A stretch of DNA of 64,000 bases, counting the filler, from Globobulimina sp. (lineage: Eukaryota), in NCBI GenBank assembly GCA_003354225.1. It is 9 parts of 9 records of this genome, joined end to end, with 100 filler letters (N's around TTAATTAATTAA, not from the genome) between each part and the next. Parts side by side here need not be neighbours in the genome. Positions count along the whole stretch, not along the records: positions 7,226 to 14,343 come from PIVH01000195.1; positions 14,444 to 21,558 come from PIVH01000196.1; positions 21,659 to 28,772 come from PIVH01000197.1; 6 more parts are not named here. The stretch is one strand, 5' to 3'. Shown here piece by piece: positions 11,183-23,995 of this stretch. Positions within the stretch are counted from its first letter, which is position 1, and every line of letters starts with the position of its first letter. The notes under the pieces are model-generated. The model was not told the DNA's origin. It did no database searches and saw only the letters and a list, made by a program, of their open reading frames with translations. Both the position numbers and the translations under genes were made by a program.

Positions 11183-14100
11183 TTCCTAATTGATCGAACG
11201 GAGAGAAAGAACCATAATATTAGCTATGAGTGAAAAGAATAAAAACAATAATTGGAATAAGGACTTCAAAAAGAAATTAACTGTATGTCATAAAATATTT
11301 ATGGCTCTATCTCAAATTCTGCACCGAGCTCACGCTCACCCAAATGAACTATCGACTGCATGACATTTCTGACTGGCCAAGTGCTCTCATAGCATGTTAG
11401 AGGTGTCTATGCCCCTTTTTTGAACAACACACGCGTAACGAAAACGTTATACGTATGAAGCTGTTGACGCGCTCAAAGTAGCACTTTTCTAAACAACACG
11501 CGCTCAAAGTAGCACAATTATTTCTATGCTCTAAATAGCATAAATTACATACGCGCTCAAAGAAGCAAGGGTACCCTCACGGCTATAAACCGTTTTTAAA
11601 ATAAAAATTTCACGCGTTAATGCATGAATTTGAACGTTCAAATATATTAAATTTAAAAATAAATATGAATAGAATTTGGTGGAACAAAATAAAGAATTAA
11701 TATTAGAAAATCAAAGGCACACCAAATTGCTTAGTGATGCCTTATTACAAAATCATAATAATCCATCAAAAACACCCGATTATACGCAATATATATATGA
11801 AAAAAGCATATTGGATCGGTTTGCGGTGAAATTCCCGGCGGATAATGCCGATGTCTTCGAGTATTTCACTCGCATCGACCTCTATACAGTGAAAAATCAG
11901 AATGTGATGCATCGACTCCTGTTCGGTAATGTGATTAAATCCTTACCACGATCTCGATTGGAGGAATGGCTCATTTATCGTAATGCGCAGCTCCATGATA
12001 AGATTGAAGAGGATCATAACTTTGGCATATTGTCGGTGGCGGAACAGGCTGCCATTCGTACGGAATATTTGGGCACCATAAACACCTTCGATGTGTATAA
12101 AAATTGGATATTATCCATGTTTACCATGATCGCTGATCATACGACATTTGATTCGTTGTTCCAATGCATTAATATCCGATATCATGAGAACCCGACGGCT
12201 TTGCTACGACGCCTTCAACAATATTTCATACAAAAAGGAGGAAATTCCACGTTATGACCTGAAAACCGCTGTGAATGCATCGAAATCATTGGCAGAGCTC
12301 CAAAAATATCGCAGTGGTAATAAACTCTCTGATTCGCAGAATGCCAAATTATTCGCGGTGATTCAGGATATCACCAGGCAGCGTCCCCGAAAGGATAAGA
12401 AGTGGTGGCGACGACATAAGGACCAAGGTACACAATAAAACCAATCCACATACAACCGATATAGACATTGATGATCCTGAATATATTCGCTTCATTAATG
12501 ATATATACTCCGATGTACCTGACGCCAACCACTTGCTCCTACAACCCTCGAATTATAGTTATCATTCCAATGACGACGTTCTGTCTGATGGTGACGCCGT
12601 TGATATGGACATAGACGAGGATGATGATGGAAAATCACCCTCCAATGTAAGTATCGATGTGCATGTATTTTTAGATAGCGATTTTGTCCAATCTGACGAT
12701 GATGACTACCATATTAATATGATGGATACTATTATTCCCGAACCATATGACCTCACTCCTTCGGTGTCAAATATATTTATGACACATCCTGCGTTCAATA
12801 CCAATAATAAATTATACCAAGAAGCCTTGGATTATCATTTTGATCGAAGTCCGATGGATAGGCTCTTATTAATTGATGACGCAGAGGTTACGAATGTGGA
12901 TCTAATCCATTTACCAATCCGCGAGGTCGAAATCGATGTAATAACACATGATATTGGCAAAATAGCTGCCTTCGCTGATACCGGGTCCTGAATCCAAGCC
13001 ATTGGGCCTAACATTGCCAAAAAGTATGCCCCACAAATCCAACGTTCTCGAAAAGGAAAGACACTGCACACTGGCAACGGTATCATCGTTACGCATAAAT
13101 ATTTGCCTTTGATTATCAAAGCAAAGAAGAAAAACATTGAAAATAAATCAAAATATAAAAAGAAGAATAAAGTAAAGTACTTATATTCCAAATTCTGGGT
13201 CGTGGAGGAATTGCCAAAACAGCATGATTGGTTGGTTGGTGATGCGATGATTCACGAACTCAGATACGAATTAAACCATAAATATGAAACATATGAGCAT
13301 AAGCCCCAACCCATCGACATATTATCCGAGGAACTCGACGATATGGCTTGTATGCGGTATCCAAACGTATTCAAACCGCATATGATCGACTTGGATAAGG
13401 TAAAAATATTGAATAAAGGCTTAGAATCGTATATAAAGCATAAATTAACAGAATACCAAGATGCGATCGCCAAACATGAATGGGATAGTGGCTCGATACC
13501 AGGCACAGAGTTTCCGATGATCCACGGAAAGACGGATTTGTCTGCACTGAATATCCGATGCGCGGCACATTGCGGACTGAGGCCAAACGACAAATCCAAG
13601 GCATGCTCGATCATAAAATCATATCCCGTGGTACGTCCAAATATGTCTCGCCCGTATTCATCGTACCGAAGAAGACTGGCGATGTACGCATCGTATTTGA
13701 TTACCGAATCCTTAATATGATCACCGAGAAGTTGTATCATCCAATACCTCGCCAGGATCGACTGCTACATCGGTTTAAAGGTAAAAAGTATATCACATCG
13801 CTGGATATGAAGGGAGGTTATTGGCACATACCGATCAATCCAGAGCATAGAGAGCGTATCGCATTCATTTTTGATGGAAATGTGTACCTATGGAGTGTCA
13901 TGCCTTTTGGGCCTAAAAATGCGCCCATGTACTTCCAACAAACTATGCAGGAAATATTTGATGGACTTTATTATGTGTTGGTGTATATTGACGATATCTC
14001 CATCGTATCCGAGACCCTCGATGACCATAAAAAGCATCTCGACGAAGTATTTGAGCGGATCCAGAAACATGGCATCAAACTACGTATTGATAAATGTATT

Positions 14101-14443
14101 TGGGGTGCATCTGAAACTGAATATTTAGGGTTTTAACTGTACCTCAACCAACCAATAAAAAGGAGCTCCAACGGTTCCTTGGTTTCGTACAGTTCCTTGG
14201 GAGCTTCATACCACATTTAGGCGCCCATACCTCCGAAGATTGCAGCGACACATTCGTATTTAACCACCGCCAACGTACAATATTCGCTGAATTAAAATCA
14301 AAAATCCAAAACATTGATTATTTGCAGCACCCAGACCCCAAAANNNNNNNNNNNNNNNNNNNNNNNNNNNNNNNNNNNNNNNNNNNNTTAATTAATTAAN
14401 NNNNNNNNNNNNNNNNNNNNNNNNNNNNNNNNNNNNNNNNNNN

Positions 14444-15288
14444 ATAAATTGTATTCGTTTAATAGCTGAAATATTTTGTAAATTATTCAAATCAAATCCA
14501 TCATAATCAATATTTTTTTCATTTTCACGGATTTCATTATTTAAATTGAACCATTTCAATGACACAATATTTAATTTATTTAATAAGAATTTATCCAAAA
14601 TTTCTGTCTTATTTTCATAATTTACATCAATATCTTCTTCATTCAACTCAATCTCTGTTAAATCGATTTGTTTCACAATTAATGACAAATTATTAACATA
14701 AAAATTATTAAATGCATTCAATACATTTGATTCCATCATATCTTCGGATAATACTGTTGTTAATTTAGTACATTTTTATATAATTAGTATTAAAATAACT
14801 ATAAATGCAATAAAAACATACATTTTTTTATCCATAGTTGATAGAAATAATAATATACATTATAAATATATGTTTTTCGTTGTTGATTATCTTTGATTTT
14901 CTTAATCTGTTTCTCTGTGTAATATATTCGTATAATGTTGATTTAAATAATTGATTATAAAAACATTGTTAATTTAACTTATAATATTTAAATTTGCATA
15001 AATCTTATTTGAAATAAAAGATTTATTATCATTTAAATCTGAATATTTATTCTCTTCATCCAATGAATTAACACATTCTGAGCAAACCATGTAAGGGTTA
15101 CTTGATATGGTACGGTATTTGCATTGTTTTCTTGCAGCACAGAAATAAAATTCTGTTTCATCTTTTTGATATTGTTTAAAACAGCATACACACATTGTCC
15201 ATGGATATGGATACTTTACATTTAATGGTTTACCACAATAACAAATGGAATTGATATTACTGAATTGTTCATGTTGTTTATTCTCCAT
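14444..15288 (-). CDS. Partial multi-exon protein with N-terminal Cys-rich (zinc-finger-like) domain
   Basis: CYCGKPL..CVCC..FYFCAARKQC..VCSEC followed by further AT-rich exons running into the contig end. Confidence 0.5.
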
Positions 15289-15466
15289 ATTTTCGACTGT
15301 TATTGCTGCGAACTTCTACTTATCGGTTTTATTTGGCTCAACTTGCCCTATTTATTTCCAATATTTCGGGCTTGTTCTTGTTTTCTGATGGTTCGAAGTG
15401 CAAGTCAGTGAAGTCACAGTTTTGGAAATTAATGTTCAGATGCGCTTTAAGCTGCATTTACTCTGA

Positions 15467-16595
15467 ATGGGTTATCTCGAAGGCTTTCTAGCAGCCTTGA
15501 CAGCCGCAGTAGGCTTCGGCTCAAATTACGTCCCATGCAAGCAATATGATATGGGCGACGGGATGTACTTTCAATTTGTAATGGCTGTTGGCATTTGGTT
15601 GTTAGGCGTAAACTATTTCATACAGCAAGAACCAGAGACTGGCTATTTCCATCCCTTTGCTTTATTAGGCGGTTTTATATGGAGTGTTGGCAATGTATTA
15701 ACTGTCCCAATCATCAAAATGATTGGTATGGCTTTAGGATTATCCATATGGTCGGGTACAAATTTATTGGTTGGGTGGATACTCGGTAAATATGGCTGGT
15801 TAGGTTACGAAAAGGATGATTCTGTTAAGTCCCACCCACAAATATCATACACAACATCCTCCGCACCACTTTATAATAAAACAGGTGAAAATAGCATGGC
15901 TAAACTATTTGGGAGTTGTGCTCCAATTATGTTCATTATCCTTATTTTGTTTTGTCAAACCAAACGATGATGGTGACGCCGTGCCGGATGCTGAGAAATA
16001 TGGACAGTTAATACTGGCGAATGAGGCTCATATTAATGTGCAACAAGAAGTAGTTGAGTCTGATGCCAATTGGGTGGATAAATTGTCATCGAAACAGAAA
16101 CAAATATGTGGTGTATGTATGGCAGTATTTGCTGGTTTATGTTATGGAACATGTTTCTCGCCGATACAATATTTAATAAATACAAAGCATGCACAGAATC
16201 CGAGTGATTATCCATATGGCAACATGGAAGAATATGCATTCTGTCATTATTGTGGAATCTTAATATCTGCGATTCTATATTTTGTAATCTATTGTATTTA
16301 TACGAGGAATAGGCCGCAGATTAACAATGCAGCGACTATATGTTCCATGTTTTCTGGCTGTATTTGGGCTGTTGCATTTACCGGATTTTTCATAGCATTG
16401 GATTCGCAAAACTTAGGCCCCGACACTACTTTTCCAATCGTGTGTGGTACGCCGCAAATTGTTGCTTCTATTTGGGGCGTCTTATTTTTCAAAGAAGTTA
16501 AACCTGGCAAAAATATGCTTGTTTTACTGGCTGCCATATTGATTGGAGTAACTGCGGTGGCGTGTATAGCGTCTTCCAAATTGTTCGATGCGTAA
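15467..16595 (+). CDS. TMEM144: TMEM144-like drug/metabolite-transporter-fold membrane protein (2 exons)
   Basis: GFGSNYVPCKQYDMGDGMYFQF, PFALLGGFIWSVGN, IGMALGLSIW, WGVLFFKE. Intron 15824-15884 joins KDDS to VKIAWLNYLG. Confidence 0.85.
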
Positions 16596-16738
16596 ATGAT
16601 TTATGTCAATAATTATAATTGTTTATAGACTTGCTAAGTATTATTGGATTGTCGTCTTTTTTTCCGCTCTGTGCGGTGCACGATCGAGCTAAATAACCGT
16701 CACTAATTTTCTAAGCCAGACAGTTTCAGAATAACACC

Positions 16739-17358
16739 ATGCAAAACATTAAATGTGTCACAGGTAGGTTGCATTAATAGAATATGTTTAATTGTATAAT
16801 AATATTATAAACCCAGTTGGTGATGGTGCAGTTGGCAAAACTTGCATGCTTATTTCCTACACCACCAATACATTTCGAGATGATGAGTATATTCCAACTG
16901 TATTCGATAACTATCAAGCAAATGTATTAGTAGATGGTGCGTTAATTAGCTTAGGTTTATGGGATACCGCAGGACAAACAGATTATGATCGATTGCGACC
17001 GTTATCCTATCCAGCAACAGATGTATTTTTAGCATGTTTTAGTACAATATCGCAATCATCATTTCATAATGTTAAACAAAAATGGGCAACGGAAATTGTT
17101 CATAATTGTCCCAATACTCCCATCATATTAGTAGGTACAAAGATTGATTTACGAGAAACACAACAATTTAAATATGATTCGGTTTCAACGGAACAAGGTA
17201 ATAAATTATGTAAAGAAATTGATGCTGTGCAATATTGTGAATGTTCAGCATTAACACAGGATGGATTGAAAGAGGTATTTGATGCAGCGATACGAGCTGC
17301 GTTAAATCAAAAACAAAAAGGAGGGAAAAACAGCAGGAAACAATGTCAAATATTATAA
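16739..17358 (+). CDS. RAC: Rac-type Rho GTPase (2 exons)
   Basis: [17 protein letters not shown] (intron 16764-16816), [30 protein letters not shown], CaaX CQIL. Confidence 0.95.
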
Positions 17359-17931
17359 AAACAGTATACGTACAAACATTAATAAATAGTAACTACATAA
17401 ATAACACAAATATTGTTTGGTGGAATAAATGCAAAATATATTTGGTAGCGTATAATTATGTGTTGTATACTTCACAATGTGTTATTGTTAGTTAACGTGT
17501 GTTGTGAAAACAATTATATGTTCTCAGTGATTTGCATTTTTTTTGCAGATGTAACATGGTTATTATCCAACCAAACAAAAAAGGACATAATATATTTGTT
17601 GTTCTTGTGTTTCCCATTTTTTTGACGTTTCAATTGTGCATTTTAAAGTTCTTATTGTTCTCATTCTTATTTTTTCAACTTGTTTTTTGTTGAACCATGA
17701 AACCAGAGTGCAAGGACTGCTTCAAACTAAACGATGAGTGTTGATACATCTTTTTCACTTTGCAAATGTACAGTTTGTATTCACTTTGCAAACCCAATGC
17801 AAAGAAACAAAATATCGACCAGAGGGGGACTAGCACAGTATTCAGTAGTTCCCCACTGCTTAAAAAAGAAAAAAAAAAGAGTTGAGTACTCTGGTTTGAA
17901 CGATATTAAGGAACAATATTAATTGTATCCT

Positions 17932-19416
17932 ATGAAGAGAGTATATCCATTTCGATCAATATCCAATATTAACCAATCTATTAACAGTGATCATGAACCG
18001 CTAAAGAAACGTCAAAGATTACAAACATTAATGGCAAATATATATCGTTTACCAAAAGTAACGACCTATAATATACGCAAAAATAAAGACATTTCGGATA
18101 AAAACATAAATCCATTGATAAACATACATAAAACACTTTGTGTTCAGAAAGTAATCGAAGAATTACGTTTATATTCAAAAATAAAGAAATTTTGCATTGG
18201 CACAGAAAGCAAAAATTCAAAAAAAATATATATTACATCGCAATCGCCAACGACTGGTTTATGCAGCACACATATTGACGAAGTATGTATTTATCTGTAT
18301 ATTGCGAAATGTTATGTTCTTAAAAAACATTTTAAAAAAAAACGTTCTTTTTGCAATTGCAATTTAAGGGAATATTATCAAAAACTAAACACTGTCAATT
18401 ACCCGCACTTTCATTTTGTTTAATGAATTATCAATGTGATTGTAATCATACTCGACATATTCCCAACGGCATAAATGAAGGGTTTACAATTCCTGATCAA
18501 TGGAAAGCATATGTATTAAATTCAAATTTCCCATCAACTATGATTTCTGTCGAAATAAATAATGAAATTATTGGATATTTTTTTATTAAAACAGCAGCTC
18601 CCTCGAATCTAAAAAGAATGGCTCAGCCGTCTACATTTTCAGTTACGTCCATGTACATTTGCTTAATTTGTGAATTATATTTGATACCGTCTCTGTTGTC
18701 GATTATTGCATAGCAATTTAGAATGAGTATATCTCAATGCATTAAATTAAAAAGTAAAACTAATAAATATGGAAATGTAGAAATATTTGTTGATTCAATA
18801 ACAAATAATAAAGAATTTGCAGTTGGAGTTGGTTATTATTTTAATGGACGTGGTAAGGATATATTAGATGTAATTTGTTGTATTACAAATGTAAATGATA
18901 CGCGGTTTCGAATCTCTGTGGATGAGACTGGTATGTACATTATGTATATTGTATACAATGCATTTATGCACAATACATATATAAAAACAATTTCCCGCAG
19001 AGGCAGTAGAAAGTATACGATTTAAAATGTATATGGAGCAATCTACGAAAGAGATGATATTATTTGAATATGCTGATTGTGCGAAGAACATTAATGCAAA
19101 TATTAATAGGACACAATTACAGTTAAATAATAATATAAAAACACCAATAATAAAACCGGTCCACGCAGCTGCCTATCAACATATTGCTCGTCCTTTAATA
19201 CCAACACAATATATTTCTGTTCAATGTCTTCCAATTAATCCGCAAATGTTTTATTTTCCACATGTTCAACCTGCGAATGTTATATATTCATCAAACGCAC
19301 ATAATGGACAAATGCGAAACCAGCAAATACGACTACAACCAAACAATTTATTTAATTTAATTTTCAGTAATTCACCAAACAGCATATATAATTACAGCAC
19401 CATTTATAGAATGTGA
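17932..19416 (+). CDS. Hypothetical multi-exon protein with NLS-like KKRQR and P/Q/N-rich C-terminus
   Basis: Four consecutive plus-strand ORFs separated by GTATGT...AG-type short introns; no recognisable family. Confidence 0.5.
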
Positions 19417-20097
19417 TAATTGTAAAAAAATGTCTATCTGTATTCTAATTTTTATATTCAATTTTGCAAAAAAATCAATAATGTTTTAGTAAAAAAGGAA
19501 TGCTAAAATACTAGTACTACTATATCTATTTTTATTATTCATATTTCATATTATTTTGTATATATTTGTGCCCGCAAAAAAACACTGTACCAATTCATGA
19601 TGATTTGAATCACATTTACATACAAATTCAGTATTTCTGGATGATTTCTTAATAATTATTTATAAATCATCTATGCACTGTTTGAATTTATATAATTCTT
19701 TGTTTTTATGCTTTAATTGTTTTTTATTGGGTTTGTATTGATACGATATTTATTTTTGTGTTTTGTTTTTTGTTTATTCCTTTGATGACTGGATCTCAAA
19801 AAATGTTTTGAATCTACGCTCTAGAATTTGTATGTTTGTTTAAAATCTGCGATCTAGTCATCCTTTTATTTATTTTGTACACTTACTCAATATCGCGGTT
19901 CTGACAAATATGATAATTTTGTTTAGGCGCACAACAATATATATGTAAACCAGACGCGCGGGTAACCCCTAATATGATTTAAAATTATACATCTGATCTG
20001 AATATGTGTATATTTATAATAAAATAACTCCGAGATATATTAAAAGCTTCATACTTGTAGGTCATGGTGATTTTTTTAAAAAAGTTTCTACACAAAA

Positions 20098-20631
20098 ATG
20101 TCGATAAAAACATGGCTTATAAAACGTCAATTGAGAAAAAAGGTAGGGTTGATATGCGCATTCATTTGGGGGTTTATCGCAGTGATGTTAACAAGTATTG
20201 CATTATTATTGGATGCATTGACAGATTTATCCGGATCAGACTGTGGATGGGAAAAGATTGGTGATGTTAAGTATAATGATTTATGTGCCGCAGATGACAG
20301 TGCATGTTCGACAGAAAATGCTGGTAAATTATGGTTGTCATTTGAGATTTTAAGCATTGCATTGGCCATCGGAGCTTGTGTATTGATTGCGGTAAAAAAG
20401 CAATTTGTTAAATACTTATTTCTTTTATGCGGTATATTATGTTTATGCGGTACCATTTCATGGGTGTCAAATAATCCAATTTGTTATTCCAAGTCTTTAC
20501 CGAACAGATCATTGGGATCATCACCAATTATTGCAATTTGTTGTGGATTCGTATATTTTATTGCTGCGATATGCTCATCTGTAAGACGAGAAAAAGGGGG
20601 TTATACTGTACTTCCATCTGCCTCAAAATAA
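20098..20631 (+). CDS. Four-TM claudin/PMP22-like membrane protein
   Basis: Four hydrophobic helices; first loop contains CGW..C..C; YxxL-type motif (YTVL) in the tail. Confidence 0.6.
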   Translation: MSIKTWLIKRQLRKKVGLICAFIWGFIAVMLTSIALLLDALTDLSGSDCGWEKIGDVKYNDLCAADDSACSTENAGKLWLSFEILSIALAIGACVLIAVKKQFVKYLFLLCGILCLCGTISWVSNNPICYSKSLPNRSLGSSPIIAICCGFVYFIAAICSSVRREKGGYTVLPSASK

Positions 20632-20742
20632 ATAAAAACTAATATACTGTACAAAGTGTACTTCCATAAATTTACTCTTAATATAGTTGGACTGAGACTT
20701 AAGTTCACTAACAAAAACTTTCCACCCTCGACATACAAGCGA

Positions 20743-21558
20743 ATGACAGTGGTACTTATGTTAAAGCAATCAATGAAATCATTGACAGAGGGGAAAATAT
20801 TATCAGAAGAGGAAGATATTGCGTTAAAATCGGATTATTATTTTAACACTGACAATGATAACAAAGAGTACAATCAGATTGATGATGATGACACTGACAC
20901 TGACACTGACACTGATTCATCAATGGCAAATTCGATTGATACAACAGGAACATTTACAACAACAACCACAGTAACTACAACTACAAAAACACGAAATGTG
21001 AAACAAAAATTTCAACGTTTGCGTGGAAGATCAAACAGCAAAAAATCGAGATTTAATATGAACGAAATTGAAACTACAGAAATGACAGAAATGACATCAG
21101 CCACAACGCAGCAAATTCACATTCGCGAAATATCAGAAATAACAGCAACAGAAATGAGGGATATGACACATACGGATATTACAAAAATAAGACAATATGC
21201 AGAAGATAACTCAGATAATATACAAAATGGAGATATTAAACATTCTCCAATTGAAATAACAACAGCCGATGAAATAAAATGTTGCAAAACAATTGATATT
21301 TATACTGGTTTATATATAATATTTGCATACAATATATTTATTGCCATATTATTAATTATTATCATAATTTGGGCCCTTGGATTGACACAATATCCGTCAT
21401 ATTTTGTTGCAATTTGGGGCATATTGTTCTTATTAATACGAATTTGTATCTCTATTTTCGGATTTTTATTTATACCGAAAATGGTTGGTTTGCATGGAAA
21501 CGAATTAATTTATTTGAAAGAAAGATACATAAAATTAATAAATGTTTGGTCGATATTG
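20743..21558 (+). CDS. Partial membrane protein with T/D-rich N-terminus
   Basis: Open frame to the contig end; DTDTDTD and T-rich region followed by at least two TM helices. Confidence 0.55.
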
Positions 21559-21658
21559 NNNNNNNNNNNNNNNNNNNNNNNNNNNNNNNNNNNNNNNNNN
21601 NNTTAATTAATTAANNNNNNNNNNNNNNNNNNNNNNNNNNNNNNNNNNNNNNNNNNNN

Positions 21659-23904
21659 ATAAACATTTTATTTCAAGGTTTGCACAGTATTTATTTAAAA
21701 AGATTGTTGCAAATAAGTACGTTATATATGCGGGAGGGTTCACCCTCATATCCTCCCACAATAAACACAACTGATATATTGGTATTATTATCTCAGCACA
21801 GAATCATTGCTGAAAAGATAGTAAATGATGCTGAAATCATTAGCAATCTGCTGATTGGCATGAGATCGAGAGGGCGAGTTTGCGAGTATAACTATAGGGA
21901 AATAACTGTAATTTTATATTTTATTATTGTGGAACACAAATTGCTGCCAGAAATATATTATAATGATGTAATATTATGCTTTGTAGATATTATTGAAGAA
22001 GAATGGAAAAATTTCAGTTTATCAAATCTCACTCCGTTGCCTGTTCTGTCTACGATGATCATTAAAATATTAAAGTATGTGTTTAATATTTCTGAATATA
22101 GTCTGAAAGATGGAGCTGATTATTTATGTGTAATCTGTCAAAATGTGTATGATTATCCACATACAATCCCGTGTGGACATTCCATGTGTTATTATTGCTT
22201 GACACAATTAATTGAAATGCAGTCAACGTGGTGGGAAAAACATGTGTTACAAAAACAGCAAACCCACCAATGTCCACTGTGTAGAAAACAATTTTTTGGT
22301 CGGTTTAATAGAATGGATAAGTTATCTGCGTTTTTGTTGGATTATGAATTATTTAATAAAATGAATACATCGCACATTGTATTTGAATGCAAAACTGAAA
22401 ATAAATCTGACTTTGAAGGAACGGAGCATGAATATTGGAAATACTTGAAAGAGGATAACAAGTTAAAAAACGATAAAGCTCGCAAAATATGGTTAGCTTT
22501 TAATGAATTTTGTGACTTTATGATACATAAAACGATGATATATTCGGTTGGTAAGGTTAAGAAAGAATGGATAAACAATATATTGTTAGCAAAGGATGTG
22601 AAACAAAATGCAAATAAATTGTTTAAAGAAAAACAATATTTTGCTGCGATAAAAAAATATAAACAATGTTTAAAGATTTGTCCACTTTGGAATGCAGACA
22701 GAGCTGTTTATTACAGCAACATTGGTATTTGCTATTTGAGGTTAAAAAATTATCGAAAAGCATATAAAGCTGCGTTGAAAGGATTGTCTTTGGATCCAAT
22801 AAATGTAAAATTAAGTAATAATGCATTGACTTCGCTGCATAAAATGTTATCATTTGAAAAGAATGAAAATTTATTGAATGAATATTTTCATGCGGATGCC
22901 ATTGGATTGTGCTCGAATTCAAATAATAGGAATTGTTTAAATAAAAGAATTTACGATATATTGTTGCATCAATTATTATGGGACTGCCAATATTGGTACA
23001 TTCAGAAAAAAAGTACAATTGAACAACATGCACAAACTAGCGATGTAGTAAAAAGTGTGCAAGAAACACAACAAATGCAAGATACGGATAAGTTTTTAAT
23101 TCGAGTAAGAAACATGTCATATGACATTGACTCGTTTGACGAAATGAATTACGATGAATATCAGTATGAAGAATATGTGGCTACGCAAAGTAAAGTGCAT
23201 TTAAAGAAGCATATCCATGATTTTATGGTCGAGCAACTGTTACGTTTGGATGTTCAAAGTATATCAATGGAAAAAATGATAGTTTTATTGAACGAAGAAT
23301 ATGAGGAAGAAGATGTAATTAATTGTGACAGTTTGTCATTTATAGGTATGTCGGTACAGTACCAGTTTTGTAATACATTTGATAAATATCGTTTTTCCGA
23401 TTTGATTATAATTACATAACAGCACAACAATCAAGAATTGTAGCCGTGATTGAGAGCAATGATAAACAGGGATGTTTTATAAAATTGCAGACAAATAATA
23501 AAGAGGCAATTGATGTGTATCATGAATTGAATGATAGAGCGAAAATATGTGATGATGAATTATTTAGAGAGAGATTATTAAAATTTTATAATGTTTATAA
23601 TCCTGATTTTTTAAAGAAGGGAATTGATGTTAATCGGGTTGTGAGTGAGAATGAAGGGAAAGCAGCGGAAGTATTTAAACATTTGGAGGAAAAATATATC
23701 TTGGAACCGTTAAACGAATGGAATGCTCACAATTATAATATATTACATATTCCTTTGTATTGTTGGGAACAGAAAGCACATCATTGCAATAAGGATGAGC
23801 ATAAGCAAAATGAGGATGGAAATGACAATAATCAATACGATAATGATGTAAATACTGAGTTTGATGATCCTTTAGGAACAAGCTTTGCTTTATTGAAATA
23901 TTAA
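21659..23904 (+). CDS. C3HC4 RING + TPR protein (5'-truncated, 2 visible exons)
   Basis: CVICQ..PCGHSMCYYC..CPLCR; TPRs KQNANKLFKEKQYFAAIKKY and AVYYSNIGICYLRLKNY. Intron 23346-23443 joins to AVIES. Confidence 0.8.
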
Positions 23905-23995
23905 CTTGCTTTATAACTGACTTTCCACGCAGTTCATCCATTGAATCATCAATTTTTCTGCGCGTACGAACTACGAATAATAAACATGAGTCAAC

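Larger units (their letters stand above)
11054..14343 (+). mobile_element. Decayed Ty3/Gypsy LTR retrotransposon (putative LTR, PBS, gag-like, protease, RT, start of RNase H connection; truncated by contig end)
   Basis: Protease AFADTGS; RT SPVFIVPKKTGDVRIVFDYRILN, SLDMKGGYWHI, VMPFGPKNAP, VYIDD, EYLG; then PQPTNKKELQRFLGFVQFLGSFIP in another frame. PR-RT-RH order; several stops and frameshifts. Confidence 0.9.

Noticed and set aside
11467-11568. CRISPR-like repeat-spacer array
   Set aside because: Only 3-4 short degenerate units with irregular spacers, no cas genes, eukaryotic retroelement context.
12989-12991. In-frame TGA after protease DTGS as programmed readthrough, selenocysteine or alternative code
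   Set aside because: The element has several other frameshifts and deletions, and TGA is an ordinary stop in Rab5 and other genes; simple decay is sufficient.
20890-20915. (GACACT)n microsatellite
   Set aside because: Simply encodes DTDTDTD inside a low-complexity coding region.
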